Assembly: GCF_036321535.1 (NCBI RefSeq)
Contig: NC_087437.1
Span: 1,674,001 to 1,738,000 of the forward strand
Length of the DNA stretch: 64,000 nt
DNA from: Camelus dromedarius
Lineage: Eukaryota
Direction: 5' to 3'
The notes beneath the pieces are model-generated. The model saw nothing but the letters and a program-made list of their open reading frames with translations, had not been told where the DNA came from and did no database searches. The position numbers were made by a program, and so were the translations under genes. Of this stretch, positions 1-13,061 are shown one piece after another (position 1 is the first letter of the stretch; each line of letters begins with the position of its first letter).

Positions 1-179
1 CCCTCATTCATCTATGCCTTCATACTTTCATTCTTCAAAAAACACATACTGTCAGCTGGGCCCTATCACTAAAACTTTACTTAAAGAGTTTATTTATTTA
101 TTTATATATTTGCTTGTTTGTTTCTTCAAGATGAATTGATTAAACATTGACTTTGTGTTGACTTCTTTTTAGATGCTTG

Positions 180-345
180 AGATAAATTACTGAATAAAAC
201 AGACAAAACATTTGCTCTTGAGAAATGGACATTTTAGTTGGGAAGACAGAAAACAAAGAGTAAACATAATTAATTAGAGAATGATAAAGAATAGGAGAAG
301 CTTATCGTGCTGTGAGGAAAAAACAAAAACAGAACAGAGTCAGTG
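180..345 (-). mobile_element. L2 LINE fragment
   Basis: tgaataaaacagacaaaacatttgctcttgagaaatggacattttagttgggaagacaga resembles the reverse complement of the L2 3' region. Confidence 0.55.
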
Positions 346-986
346 AGACTGAGGAGGGGCGGAGTCTCTTACCCACTGTTAGCATCCTGGATACAACAGT
401 TTCTCTTATGCATTCACAATAGTACGTAACTAGTACTTTGAATGTAATAAGGACTAAATAGAGAACTAATGAAGTCAGTGGGAATGCATGGGGAAATGAG
501 ATCTAATTTCTAACTAAACAGTTTAGACATGCACTTTATGAACACTTTCTGTGTTAAATTGGAGCCCTTTTGATATTCTCTAGCAGAGTTCTTGGAGCTG
601 GCATTTTAATGGGTACCTTTCTTTCCCCACAATTTTAGTCCTTCTGATGGGGTGCAAGGAAATAATTATAGGGGTGGGGTATGGATCCTGTGCTAATTGG
701 AACTGAGCGCCTATGTAACTATGGATAGTTATAGTTCTATACAAACAACACGGTGAGGCTGGTAGTTAGCCCCCGAATTTTTGAGCAAAGTCAAGCAGCC
801 TTAAATATGTGAATGTATCTTAGACTCTCCAAGAAGACTACTGCATATAATACACAGCATTTCTTAAAATTAATTAACCATACAACTCCTGGTGTATAGA
901 GAAATTAGTTTAGGTAAATGTAAATTTGGAAATGATATTCTAAAAAACAAATGGTAATGTAGTCAGAAGTATTTAGATTATAAAGA

Positions 987-1113
987 GGAAGGTCATATAA
1001 TTTATCATTTAAGACAGACATTTTTGAGAATGAAATGGCAATGTTAATAACTACGCCAGGAAAGCAGGAGTCAAACAAAGTTATCCCAGTAAATTAGAAC
1101 ATGTGGTCGCTGT
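987..1113. mobile_element. MER81-like hAT (Blackjack) non-autonomous DNA transposon
   Basis: ggtcatataatttatc...ttttgagaatgaaatggcaatgttaataactacgccagg...catgtggtcgct follows the MER81 consensus, including degenerate TIRs. Confidence 0.7.
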
Positions 1114-3279
1114 AGTTACCGTTTACTGCACATTCGTATCTTTCCCCCAAATACACTTTCTAGTTTTTCCAGCTCCCTTGGGAGGTGGGTCCAGGGGAAG
1201 CCCTGTGTGAAAGGAGGCAGAATAGCTGCACTCCTTTCGGAGGGAGGTCTTTTGAAATCCTCAGCAATGCAGTGCACCATAAAAAAGAAAATTAAAAATG
1301 AAAACTTCGAGGAAATACGTGTTTAGCCTTTTCAAGCAAAATAAGGAATTAGGTCTCCCCGAAGATGCTAATTTACTGAGACTTTTCAGCTTAAGGAATT
1401 ATTTTGGTTACCTTTCCAGAGATATAAAAAAGATCATCTTAGATATATTGATAAATTTGTGGCTGTGTTTGATATGGGGATCACTATCAATACATACGGA
1501 GTAAGGTTAAAAAAACCTTTTTAATGGGTTTGGAATTTTATAATAAAAAGTAAATAATAAGAATATAATGTTCATTAAACAACAAAATAAATTTTGCTTT
1601 TTAGTAAATACATGAGCGCTCACTTGTATATTTACATTTTGTGCATCTCACTGTAAAAACCTACACTAAACTAAGGAATATATCAAACTACAGTCTTCTG
1701 CAACAAGTTCTATTTTTGTTCTTCATGTAAATAGTCAACCAATAACTTGCCACTCTCAAAGTGGAATTCAGTATTCCTTATATTCATTATAGCCTTCCTT
1801 CAGCAAACAGTTTTTAAACACAGCATCTAAATTCAGGATCATTGGGCACTAAAAAAATCAACCTATTCAGAAATGCTCCATAAGCTAAATGGGGTAATAT
1901 TTTTATAGAGTTTTGGAAAAATGTTGTATGACTCTCAGAAGAGAGAAGTTCTAATTTTATTAAAGAACATTTTGTCCTCAAATCTCCTTTCCAAGTTCAA
2001 TAAATAGAGAAAGCCCCCAGTGCAAAAGCATGAAGTGCCTACGTATCCACCAGAAAATAATTATGTTAAGGAGACAGTAATATTTGTAACATTTAAAGAA
2101 ATTCATTATTAAAGAGAAAACTTCTCTGAGTTGGGGTGCAGGACAATCACATTGTAGTTTTTCTGAAACAGCATGAACATCATGATTTGCATTTTCTGTT
2201 TCCTTTGACCTGATAGTCTGATTGTCTCTAAATGAAATAACTGGCCTTGATGTGTATAGACAGAGGACATGGTTACCCTGGCAACAGGTACCATGGACCA
2301 CATGTGACCCTCCTCCAAAGAAAATCTATGCCTCTTTTTTAAAACATAAAACAAAACAAAACAAAGTCTACTGTCTCCTACTTAAAACAAAACAAAATAA
2401 AATCCCATTTTTTTAACACTAACAGAAGAACATTCCCAACTAATTTCAGCTTCTTTATTTAGCAAACTGTTTTCCTGTGGATTTTGAAATGGATCAACCT
2501 CACTTCTTTGTGTTAATCTCATCACCATGAGTAATCCAATTGGTTGGGTAAATGTAAAGTACTGAAAACTCTTTCTGGCATTCACAGTCTGAAGATCCAG
2601 CAGAGGGAGCCCACACATTACTGCTGTTTTTTAAATGTCAGTCTAAAATGATGATACAATTTTACAAGTTCCAGTAATAGAACTTTCGATATTTTGGGAC
2701 TCTAGAGATAACTACCTGGCAAAGTGTAAATCCTCTAATGTCATTTTGTTATTGTTGATGTTTAAATCTAATGAAGTGCCAGTATTTTTTAACTCATGTT
2801 TATGTAAGTAAAGAGTTTTTAGATCTATTTATGCAACCAATTCAAGGCTACCTAATGGGACAGATTTAACCTTTATTTCAGATTTCCCAAAAGTTTTTAG
2901 TTATATCCACATCTCCATAAACATGCATCTCCTAAAATGTTGGCTGCAGACAGCCAGGGCACACCCATGAAAAATGTCATGGGATAGTATTTTAACTGAG
3001 AATAGAAGACATGAGGAATCCCTAGCTGGTTCCATAAAAAGAACACAAGTAGTTTTCATGGCATTGTTTTCATGTCAGGAAAGATGTCTTTGAAAATGAC
3101 ATGCCTTCCATGGGAAGCTGTGGGGCCCCAGGGCCATCCTTGCTCCTAGAAGACACACAGACATGCTAGGTGATGCTCATCATCAGCCAAGGAACAGTCA
3201 CTTGTCCAGTCTTTTCCTTCAAAAATGTTACTTGATTTCCTTCTCTCTTCTGGTTACTATTTCAAGTTTGGAGAGCAGA

Positions 3280-3820
3280 AGCATAATAAAAATAGCTACC
3301 ATATATTGTGTTGTTATGCTGATGTAGACACTGTGATGCATTCTCTCTTCCTAAGGGTTACAATAGCTAATTTACTGATGAAAAACTGTATGTATCTCAG
3401 AGAACTTAAATAAATTGCCTACAGTCCCAAAGGTAGTAATTGATAGTTTGCATTTGAATGCAAGTCTCTAAGACCCCTCAGGGCCCACTGCTAACCACTG
3501 TGAAATACTGCCTTACTAGACTCAGGAGATTCACAGCCCATCAATTTCACTCGTTTCTACTGAAACAAGAATTTCTTGTCCTTAGTGCAAAGACTTCTAG
3601 AAAGGAAAATGAAAAGTGGAAAATATTTGAGTGCATATCATGAGCCAGTCACCACATTAGATGCCTTATATGTCTTATTTAATCTTTACAGCAGCCCTAG
3701 AAGGTACATATTATCCACACTTTACAGGTGAAGGAATGGAGGCCCGGGAGATTATACAATATACCCAAGATATAACATGAACTCAGGATTTGAATCTAGA
3801 TCTTTCTGATTTTAAAATCT
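3280..3820 (-). mobile_element. Two MIR SINE fragments
   Basis: MIR core motifs in reverse orientation (tttactgatgaaaaactg; tttacaggtgaaggaatggaggccc; ggatttgaatctagatct). Confidence 0.65.
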
Positions 3821-3973
3821 TCATGGTCATCCTGCTTCTAATTACACAATTATTTCTTTCAGCAGTTTCTCAAAAAGAAAAAGTGTCTCAAGTAGTTATT
3901 TGGAGTTAGCTCAGTAAGAATTTTTAAGGAAATTTTCTAACCTTCAACTCAAATATTCATTCACAATTAAGTT

Positions 3974-4091
3974 TCTTTCTTTCTTCCTCCCTTCCTCCCT
4001 TCCTTCCTTCCTTCCTTCCTTCCTTCCTTCCTTCCTTCCTTCCTTCCTCCCTTCCTTCCTTCCTTCCTTCCTCCCTTCCTCCCTTCCTTTC
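3974..4091. repeat. (TTCC)n microsatellite
   Basis: Directly visible ttcc/ctcc tandem run. Confidence 0.97.
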
Positions 4092-5504
4092 TATGTAAAT
4101 TTATATTAATTTTTACATAGAAACCATGTTTCTCATCATATAATCTAAACAGAACCTGTTAACTGAAACAATCATAGGGTTTAAAAACTGCAGTCAGTGG
4201 GCCTTAGTACTCATTAAGTCTGATTCTCTTAGTTTATTAGTGAGAAAACTGAAGCCCAGAGAAATTGACTTGGTTGATTTCCTATCATTACTAAGTGACA
4301 GCACAGAACTACCATTTTAACCCAGGAAAGCAACATTCCCCTTACCCTGCTTCAAAAATGATTTAAGATGACTTGTATTAGAAACAGATCTAATCCTCGA
4401 GTAGTGACCTGGGTCATAACCTGACATTGAGTTTGGAAAAGTTAAAGTCAGTTTTATGAGGCCAGTGCTGGATTGTACTCATGGCATGAAAATAAAAACT
4501 AAGGCAAGTTTTATTCAAAGGTAAAAAAATAAAATGGACTCACTACTCAAAATTTAATAAAATTAGTTTCAAAATTCTTTTAAGATCAAACTAATGAGTC
4601 AAAGATAAATTTTATAGAGTTTTTAATTTGGGTAAAACAGCAAGTTGGACCATATAATGAATATTGCAGTATCAAGTTCAGAAGATGTGATTATGTCATT
4701 GATTTATTATGCCACACCACTAATTTTAGCTACACAAGTATATTGTACATTTTAATTCAGCATCACATACAATTTTTGTGGCTCCCTTGTGTTATTTGCA
4801 GATGGATAGTTTCCACAGGTAAGTTTCAAAACACACACATGTGTACAAGCACACACATGAACGCACACAGTTTTTAAAGCAATCCATGATACATGCCATT
4901 TGTTTAGAGTCACAGCAGAACATTTGGGTGTGTGAGGACAGGACAGCAGCTAAATCCTGTTGAGATCCTGACCCCCAATATCTTGAACAATTCTGAAAAA
5001 GTCCAGTCTGTTGGGGTGACAACATCTGATTGGGAAGACAAGTTAGTTTTTAGAGGCCTTGCTTTCATAAAAGTCCCCTAACCCGGTCAGTTTATACAGA
5101 TGTCCATAATATGATCTCAGCAGTGATAAGACTCATGTATAAGAAAGTCTGACTGAGCCTTAACTATGTTATTGGTTGAGTATGTACCCCCTAAACTTTC
5201 AGTACTGGCCTGTGGCAGAGAAAAATTAGTCAACCACAAAGTAATCATTGTATGCTAGGAGCGACTCAAAGGCAACTGCAGATGTGGCATACAGTTTTAG
5301 AGGAGCTCATAAGCCATTGGCGGAAATAGGGCCAATGGAAAAATACCCAAGTTCACAAAAATTTAAAAAAAAATAAAACTTAAAAATAATATTTTAACCA
5401 TATTATCATTCTACTTTTAGTCATTTTTTATTTGCTACCCATAGCTTAGTATCTGGTAATTGTAGGCATTCCGTAATTGTTGGTTGAATGGCTAAAACCT
5501 GGCA

Positions 5505-5680
5505 GCCAAGATTTATTGAGCACTTTCTGTGTGCTAAACAGTAAGAACTTCTAACTGCATTATCACACTCAAATCCACGATAATTCTATGAGGTCTGGTT
5601 GTGGAAACGCGACTTCTGTTACATATCCATGGTCACCCAGTGAGTGCGGGAGGCAGTATTTGAAGCAAGGTTTGGCACTC
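5505..5680 (-). mobile_element. MIR SINE fragment
   Basis: atttattgagcactttctgtgtgctaaaca...ggtcacccagtgagtg...gtatttgaagcaagg. Confidence 0.6.
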
Positions 5681-7229
5681 CAGGGGGGTGATTTTGATCA
5701 CTAGGATACAAATCCTTAAAACAGGTTAAAGTTGGAGAGTTTCTATCAGGAGCTAAACTGTTGGTGAACTCTTGTTCTGTTCACACAAACTTTGTTATTT
5801 TTTTTTAATGGTAATGATTATAGCATGGTCATATTGTTGCTGCAAGTTTTACTGGCTTATGTAAGGTATTTTATTTGGTTTTCTATAAATGCCTCTTTAA
5901 GAAACATAGGGACACTGGACTTAAATATAACTTCAGGTCACTGGTTGACCCAGCTCCAAAAATTCCTGTGCAAATGTCGCTTCCCATGGGTAAAAGATAA
6001 ATTCAGGATATAGGAATTGATGCACAACATTTTAATTCTTGCTACAAAGCCCAGGCTTCTGGGCATAAATGGGCTTTAGATCATGTCATGTTATGGCAGT
6101 CTACCACTGTGTCACCTGGGTGTCACCTTACTGACATTCAAATTCCAGGAGAGCTAGAAAAATTTCTTTTCCCATTAAACAGTACTTTAAACAAAACTTA
6201 AACCCAAAGTGGGATTTGGAGCTCACCTCTGAGCTCACGGAAATGTGAGGATGGGCTAAGACCAGGTCAAAGTAGTCAAATGGCTTGGAATTTGGTCTGA
6301 TATTTTTTCCTTGTTAATTAAAAAAGGAATTATTTTCTCTTGCCAGTGAGTGGCCTTTGGATTGGGAATATTGTATAACCCAAGAAACCATCTTAATAAA
6401 TTAGTCAGGAAATACATTGTTCAAGCAATCTTGTTTTTTGGCCTTTGCAGAGAATATACGGCTAAGTGATCCAGGGGGAGGGTGGGGCAGGAAATATGCA
6501 AGATGAATGTTGGAGAACTGCGTTCTTTGTGCATTCAGGATCCACCATAATTCATTGTACTGGTCAGATGCTTATAAAACAACTTTAAGTATGTTGGATC
6601 CATAAAAGACACTTATCACTCTTTTAGAACAGCTTACTGCCTAAGAAAATCATTTGTTACATAATTGAATAGATTAATACTTCTTCCTATACGTCCTTCC
6701 ATGATGCCATAAAACAAATTAGCTCTATTTTTTAATCTTGAGTTCCTTTTTCTCACGGGATGCAAGTTGAGACAAAATATGTCCTAACTGGCCATTCTTC
6801 TGCAGATGACCTCTTTCATTTGGTATAAATATGGATAAGTGTCTTGCTTAGCCCAAGTCATTCCTTTGAAAATAGCTTGAGTTAAACGTGATTTTCAAGA
6901 GACAGTCTTGAGATGGAATCTAGAAACAACTAGGTTAAGCTACCTCTTTAATCACAGAATCTCTTGTTTGAAAGGTACCTCAAAAGGCCACACAGTATCA
7001 CCACATTAACTACAGTTTACCATTAACTACAATCAGTCAATATTCATGGAATACTTGCCAGCACCTATGCTCCAAAGTTCTTTAATTAAAAAACAAAGAA
7101 TTTAATTTGATTCCCTGTGCCTTTATTGTCACTTCAGGACCCTCTAAACTGTTCCTGCTCAATGCTGTTTAAGATACAGCATGATAGTGGTCAGGCAAGG
7201 AACATGTCTGTGGAAATTTTGATGGCACA

Positions 7230-7520
7230 GTGGTATTGTGTGACCACTGACAGGCTGTGTTTCCCGGTAACTGCACAAAGGGGCTTCTCAGGAGAAGGTT
7301 GTCTGGGTTCAAATGTGGCTCTGATGTTTGCTAGCTCTGCAATCTCTGGTGTTGTATGAGTCTCTAAGTCTCTCAGTTTCTTACTGTATCAAAAGGGATA
7401 GTGATGCACTGGCCTCACAAGCTTGTGTAAAGGTCAAATGCAAAAGCACACATACACAACATAGCATGGCTCCTTGCCCGTGGTGTGTGCTCAGTTCACG
7501 CAGCTGTTACACAGATCATG
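7230..7520 (+). mobile_element. MIR SINE
   Basis: ctgggttcaaatgtggctctg...ctctcagtttcttactgtatcaaaaggg...gcatggctccttgccc. Confidence 0.65.
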
Positions 7521-8369
7521 ATTATGTGATTATCATACTGTGGCCTTTGTGACAGTGTAGTGTCTGCCACATAATGGATGCTCAGCCCACATTTATCAAG
7601 TGAGTGAATGAATAAATGAGGGAGACAGCTCCTCTACTGTGAGAAAAGTTTATCAGAATGAGTGCAGTCAGCTCAGACGTTTGCTATTCAACACCTCCGG
7701 GCACAACCTATATTCCCAAGTAAGTTGATAAGGTTGTCAAACTCAGTCAGTAATCTCTACTCTTTTCTGGAATTCTAGACCTTGACTACAAGGTAGTTGA
7801 GGTTTAGGGGTAATTTTACCCAGAAGAAAAGCTGTCATTTTTATGTACAGCTAAACATAGGAGTCTTGGCTCAGACCAGCTTCATGGTCCAAAGAGGTCT
7901 GGTAGGTTCAAAGCAAATAAAATGAAGCACAGCTGTTGTTTAAATAAGGTCATGTAGAGATGTGGATTCAGCGTCCTTATGTTGATTTTAGGTGGTGGTT
8001 ACATTTCAAGACACAAAGTGGTGTTGGCTAATTTCCACAGTAGAAAGTTGCCCTAGTGAATATTTTCAGTAATTTCTTTTTCTTCCTCATTCTTAATAAA
8101 GAAAGAAATATTTGAATATCTGATATGAGTGATTTAAGCATGCAAATGCAAATAAGAAGGACAATTTTATTGCAAATCACTAATAACATTAATAAAAAGA
8201 TATTAATTAAAAAGAAATAAGACAAATTTTTGAAAAAGAAGTTTTTCACATATATTTTTGAAATATTGAGGGATTATGGTATTTTACATTCTTAAATTAA
8301 CAAATTCTTAAAAGCTTTATTATATTATCATCTATCACTTTTATCGTGGGTTGGCTTATTTCAGCACAA

Positions 8370-9640
8370 TAGCTATTTTTTGAGCACTTACTCTGTACTA
8401 ATGATTTGGTCTCTGAGGGGATTGCACAAATGGGGGAATAAAGCTAGTTTTAGTTAGAAGGCGGTAAGTGCCGTGATGAGTAGGAGGACATTATAAGAGA
8501 AACTAAACATAGGTCAGAGAGGTTAGAAAAAGTTTCCTAAAGGAGATGAAACTTGAGGCGTGTTTTGAAAGATGAGTAGGACTTAGTCAGAAGGTGGAAC
8601 AGGGAATTTCAGGTAAAGGGAGCCAAAGACACGTGGGAAGGAACATGCTGCTCATGAGGAACTGCAAGTCACAGGACCCTCAGGAGGCATGCTGTCAGGG
8701 GGAGAGGGCAGGAAATATGAGGGAAGTGGGCTGGGTCAGTCCCTTTACTTTATTTCCTTAGTATGATCAAATCACACTGTGCCAGCATTTTCAAACTGTG
8801 TTCCACTGCTTGTTAGTAGCTGTTACTTTGGGGAAAACAAGAGATCATGAGTCAAACGCTTATGGGCCATGTTTTGTTATACAATATTTTGTGTTTCTTT
8901 ACTTCAAGTCTTTTTGGGACCTTTATTATGTCAATGGACTTTGTGATTTTGCAAGAGGAGGACACAGCATGCAGCGTTTTCTAAACTTACTTGGACATAG
9001 ATCATCTTGTAGCTTTTGTGCTTCATCTTGCAGGATTTGAAGCATTTTCTAAACTTATTTCAGCAGGTCATCTTGCAGGATTTGCATTTCATGGAAAACC
9101 CTTTTGGCAAAAGTGCATTCTAGTAGAAAAGTAGAGGAAGAAAGTGAAAGGGGAAAATTAGATGGAGGCAGATTAATTATGATCTCATTGTCATAGTCCT
9201 GGAGTGGCCTAGAGAGAGATGGGGCAGAACCAGCCTTCACTAGTAGACAACAAAGATGAAGAGCAGGTGATTGATTGAAAGCATTTTGGAATCTATGGGA
9301 AACACGGATCTGGTGATTGCCTTCTCCCATTAAACTAGGAGGTTAAAGTCAGCAGGACAAGGCAATTGATGGCCTATGAAGGGTGAGGAGAGGATGAGCG
9401 AATCAACACTGACTCAGGTTCCTGATCTGGGAAAGTGGGTGACAGAGGTACTTTCAGTGAGACCTGAAATACTAGAGGAACAAAGTGGAACTAAGAGTGC
9501 TGGGAAATAGGCTTTAAACATATAAATGTTAATGTGTCCAGGGAACAAGTTGAATATTTAAGTGGATGTGGGAGACAGGAGCACACAGCAGTAGTTCAGT
9601 CCGTGTGAGTGGATGAGATTACTCATCCAGGGAGGAATAT
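8370..9640 (-). mobile_element. L2 LINE, fragmented and interrupted
   Basis: Reverse L2 motifs: ttgagcacttactctgt, ttttgaaagatgagtagga, tgactcaggttcctgatctggg, gtgagtggatgagatt. Confidence 0.6.
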
Positions 9641-10509
9641 GGGTCATTTTACCAAAAAGCAATTTGCAAAAAGCTGTCCTTCTCAGGGAATTGCTTTCAG
9701 AGAATTATCCATTTAGGAAATTGCCTTTTGGCTAATTGTACACTGGCAAACCGTCTGTAGGCAAATTGACCTAGAGCCACCAGAAAAGCTGTAGGGCACG
9801 AGAGGATTCAGGACAAAGATGAACCTTTGAATTAAGACACGGCAGATTCAAAGAAAAAAACTCAGAAAAAAGAAATGGACTATGGAATGAAAGGATATAT
9901 TTTCACTAGTATAATTTGTTCTGCCAAACAAGTATTTATTTATATGAAAGTGTCTGCCTCAACAGAAGAATTAATACCAAACTCTTTAAGTTGGAAGATA
10001 GGTGGGAAACTGTGTTTGTTCTGAAATGTGCTTGAATAAATGGTCCAAGGTCAGGATTAACTGAACTTCTTTATCTCTAACAACAGTACCCTGTTACCCA
10101 TGTTACCCACTCCTACTGTGTATTTTTAACATAGCTCAGACTAAGCCTAGATCTTCTTGCCTATAATAGTGATGACTGTACACAGCTAGACACATTACAT
10201 GCACATAATAGCAGCCAACATGCTTCAAGATAGAAATAATATGACTATTTTATTTTTGAGATCTCTTGCTTAAATAAGAAATGATGATGATACTTTGATT
10301 CTAATTTTGTACACTTTAGTGAACTCATGGGTTTCTTCAGCAATGATCCGTCATCTTCAGAATTAGCTGTGCCTTGTATAGCTGCTGCTGGGCTAAGACC
10401 TGCATCTAAGATCTCAGATTATCACCAAGGAGTAAGTGTGTGGCCTTGTGTGGGGGGAATGTGTGGCCATTAGAACGAGCAGAAGACAGGGTTTCTAGCC
10501 CCAAGTTTT

Positions 10510-10850
10510 GTTTATTTATCTTTATTTTAGTAAGAACACTTAACATGATATCTATCTTTGTAACAAATTTTTAAGTGTACGATACAGGATTGTTGATTAC
10601 AGGGGCAATATTCTAGAGAAAATCTCTAGAACTCAGTCATCTTGCATAGTTGAGACTTTATGCCTGTTGCTTAGAAACTCCCCACTTCCCTTCCCCTCCA
10701 TCCTCTGACAATCACCATTCTAGTCCCATTCGACAAGTTAGGCTATTTTAGATATCATGGATAAGTGAAATCATGCAGTATTTGTTTTGCCACGGCTGGC
10801 TGATTTTATTTAGCAAAATGTCCTCATGGTTTGTCCATGTTGTCACATAC
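10510..10850 (-). mobile_element. L1 3' end (L1MA-type)
   Basis: taagaacacttaacatgatatcta...aatctctagaactc...ataagtgaaatcatgcagtatttgt, typical reverse L1MA 3' UTR. Confidence 0.8.
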
Positions 10851-11399
10851 CACCACACACTAGATTGCTTTTTAGCAAAAAGAGAGGAAAGGAGTATATA
10901 TCAAGTTCTATTGCAAGTGGCTATAAAGCAGGGAAGATAAGCAAGATCAGAGGCCTAGCAGGAAAGCAGAGGACAAGCTGGGTGTCAACAATAGCTGCTC
11001 ATTCTCTGAACTCCCTGAAGTTTGAGTTTCAATTATTCAGACAGGCAATGATGATCCATTCCTTAAATGAAAGCCTTGGGTTGCAAACTTCTAAAAAGGG
11101 AAGACAAATACTGGGAAACAATGTTTGAATGGTATCAACATCCACGAATTAAAGAAATGTTCTAATATTTTATCCACCTAAATCCAGGCAGCTAGACATT
11201 GGTGTCCTGCATGTTCTTTAGAGATGAAGTATTTCCTCCACATTGTCTGTGCTGGGCCAGTCCAGCCTGGCATCTAAGGTCATGCTGTGCCCGTCCTCTT
11301 AGCCATACAGATTCTATCTGTCCTTTATGATTTAGCTGAAGATGCCTTTTGTCCATAAAGATTCTCCTGACTTCTCTTGTTAATATCTCATTGCTCTAT

Positions 11400-11545
11400 A
11401 TCATTAGTTCATTCCAAATATATTTATTGAATGTCCATTATGTGTCAGACTCAATTCTTGGTCCAGGATTATAGCAGTGAACAAAACCAAGCCCCCTTTC
11501 TCAAAGAGCTTACATTCTAGAAGGAGAAATTGACTAAGAAAATAA
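11400..11545 (-). mobile_element. L2 3' end
   Basis: ttcattccaaatatatttattgaatgtcc...agcagtgaacaaaacc...gagcttacattctag. Confidence 0.7.
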
Positions 11546-12759
11546 TCTCTTTGTCTCTAGATAGATAGACAGAGAGAGATAGCAATGGATAGATGGCTGG
11601 AAGGACAGATGGATAGACGGAGATAAAGTTGATAAAGGCTATAAGAAAAAACAGGAAATAAATAAATAATAATAGTAGCAGATAAAGAAAATGTGAGTGA
11701 GTGATTAGCGTGTGTGGTGAAGGAGAGCTGACAAGCAGGACTTACTATTATTAGCGTTTGCTGCCATATTGTGAACTGCTTGAAGAGAAGTGCTCTGTTC
11801 TGTTTCTCTTATGCTCTCATCAGTGCCCGGGCACAGGGCAGGATATAGGCAATAGGCTTAGCAGATGTTTGTTTATTGACACAGTTTTTCACTTTTCATC
11901 CGGATACTTTGGCATGACAGAGGTGCAGCTTTAGTTTCCATTGAAATATCAAATTGCTCTAAATAGGCTGGGCTAGAGGTTTGGTTTCATGTTTGTATGC
12001 AGAGCAATATGCTCTAAATAAATCCAAGGGGATTTAGTGACAATTTTTGGCAGCAGTTTCTCCTTTGTGCTTCTGTTTTTCCTTTCATGGTTTTCCCTGA
12101 CGTCCTTCCATTACTGAGAGATTTCTGAGTGCAATTACTGTGGCTCCACCCAGTGGCCTTTCGCCTTTGCCCTGAACAGATGATAAAGCTGAACCAAAGG
12201 AAAGGAGGATCACAACAGAGGCCACTGGAGAGCACTCTTTGGGCCTGGGAGGAGTGGGAGCATGTAGGGGTGATGTTCTCTTGTCCATTTATACCTCACC
12301 CCTTTCAGATCTCACTGAACCTGCTGAAGAAGGGCACAGGCTAACAACAAGAAACACTTTTGCCTCAGGAGTTACCAGGGGCAGTGCCAGGAAGGAGAAA
12401 AGCAGAGTGAGAGAGAATGGAGGAGGGAGGGGGAAAAGGATCTCAGGATAGGGGGTCAAAAACAAACCAGGACAGAAAAATGCTTTTCCTAGCTTTTGTA
12501 TGAGACATGGCATCCCCAGATAGAATTTGTTAAACTCAGTGAACTTTCAAATGGCATTAGAAAGGTTTCCACCTGGAGTCTGGGGAGAATTTATAGTATT
12601 CTTGGAAAGGGTTTTTAAACATCTCTAGCATGCAAAGAAACTAAAACAACAATCTCCTTTGCTCTGTGCTGTTTGTATTTCCCCTCCTGTTTATTAATGC
12701 AGTCTTACTTTATCAACACAACCGAGAACTGCACGAACTGGGCCTCCGTGAACACAGAC

Positions 12760-12925
12760 CTTCTGCCCGCCCTGTCTAACTTCACCTCACCATGATCCCT
12801 GGGAGGGAGACACGGTTACTTCTCTGTCACAGAGGAAGAAACCCAAGTCTGAAGAGATTAAGAGCCTTCCCCCAAGCACACAGCAGCTGTGTCAAAACGG
12901 AGATTCGAACCCAGGTCTCTGGGGT
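12760..12925 (-). mobile_element. MIR SINE fragment
   Basis: acagaggaagaaacccaagtctgaagagattaag...gagattcgaacccaggtct. Confidence 0.65.
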
Positions 12926-13037
12926 CACAGTCAGAGTGTATGAATTCTTTATGTCTTTTAACAGGAATCAAATTGTTCAGGTGAGAAATTACAAGTATAG
13001 TGCTGATGGCTGAAAATAGAGTTACCGTTCTCCCCAT

Positions 13038-13061
13038 CACACACACACACACACACACACA
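13038..13061. repeat. (CA)n microsatellite
   Basis: Directly visible. Confidence 0.95.

Noticed and set aside
6134..6645. Minus-strand microexon-like signals (about 22 nt and 3 nt)
   Set aside because: No coherent chain; they show that such signals arise by chance here, which is why the plus-strand chain is scored low
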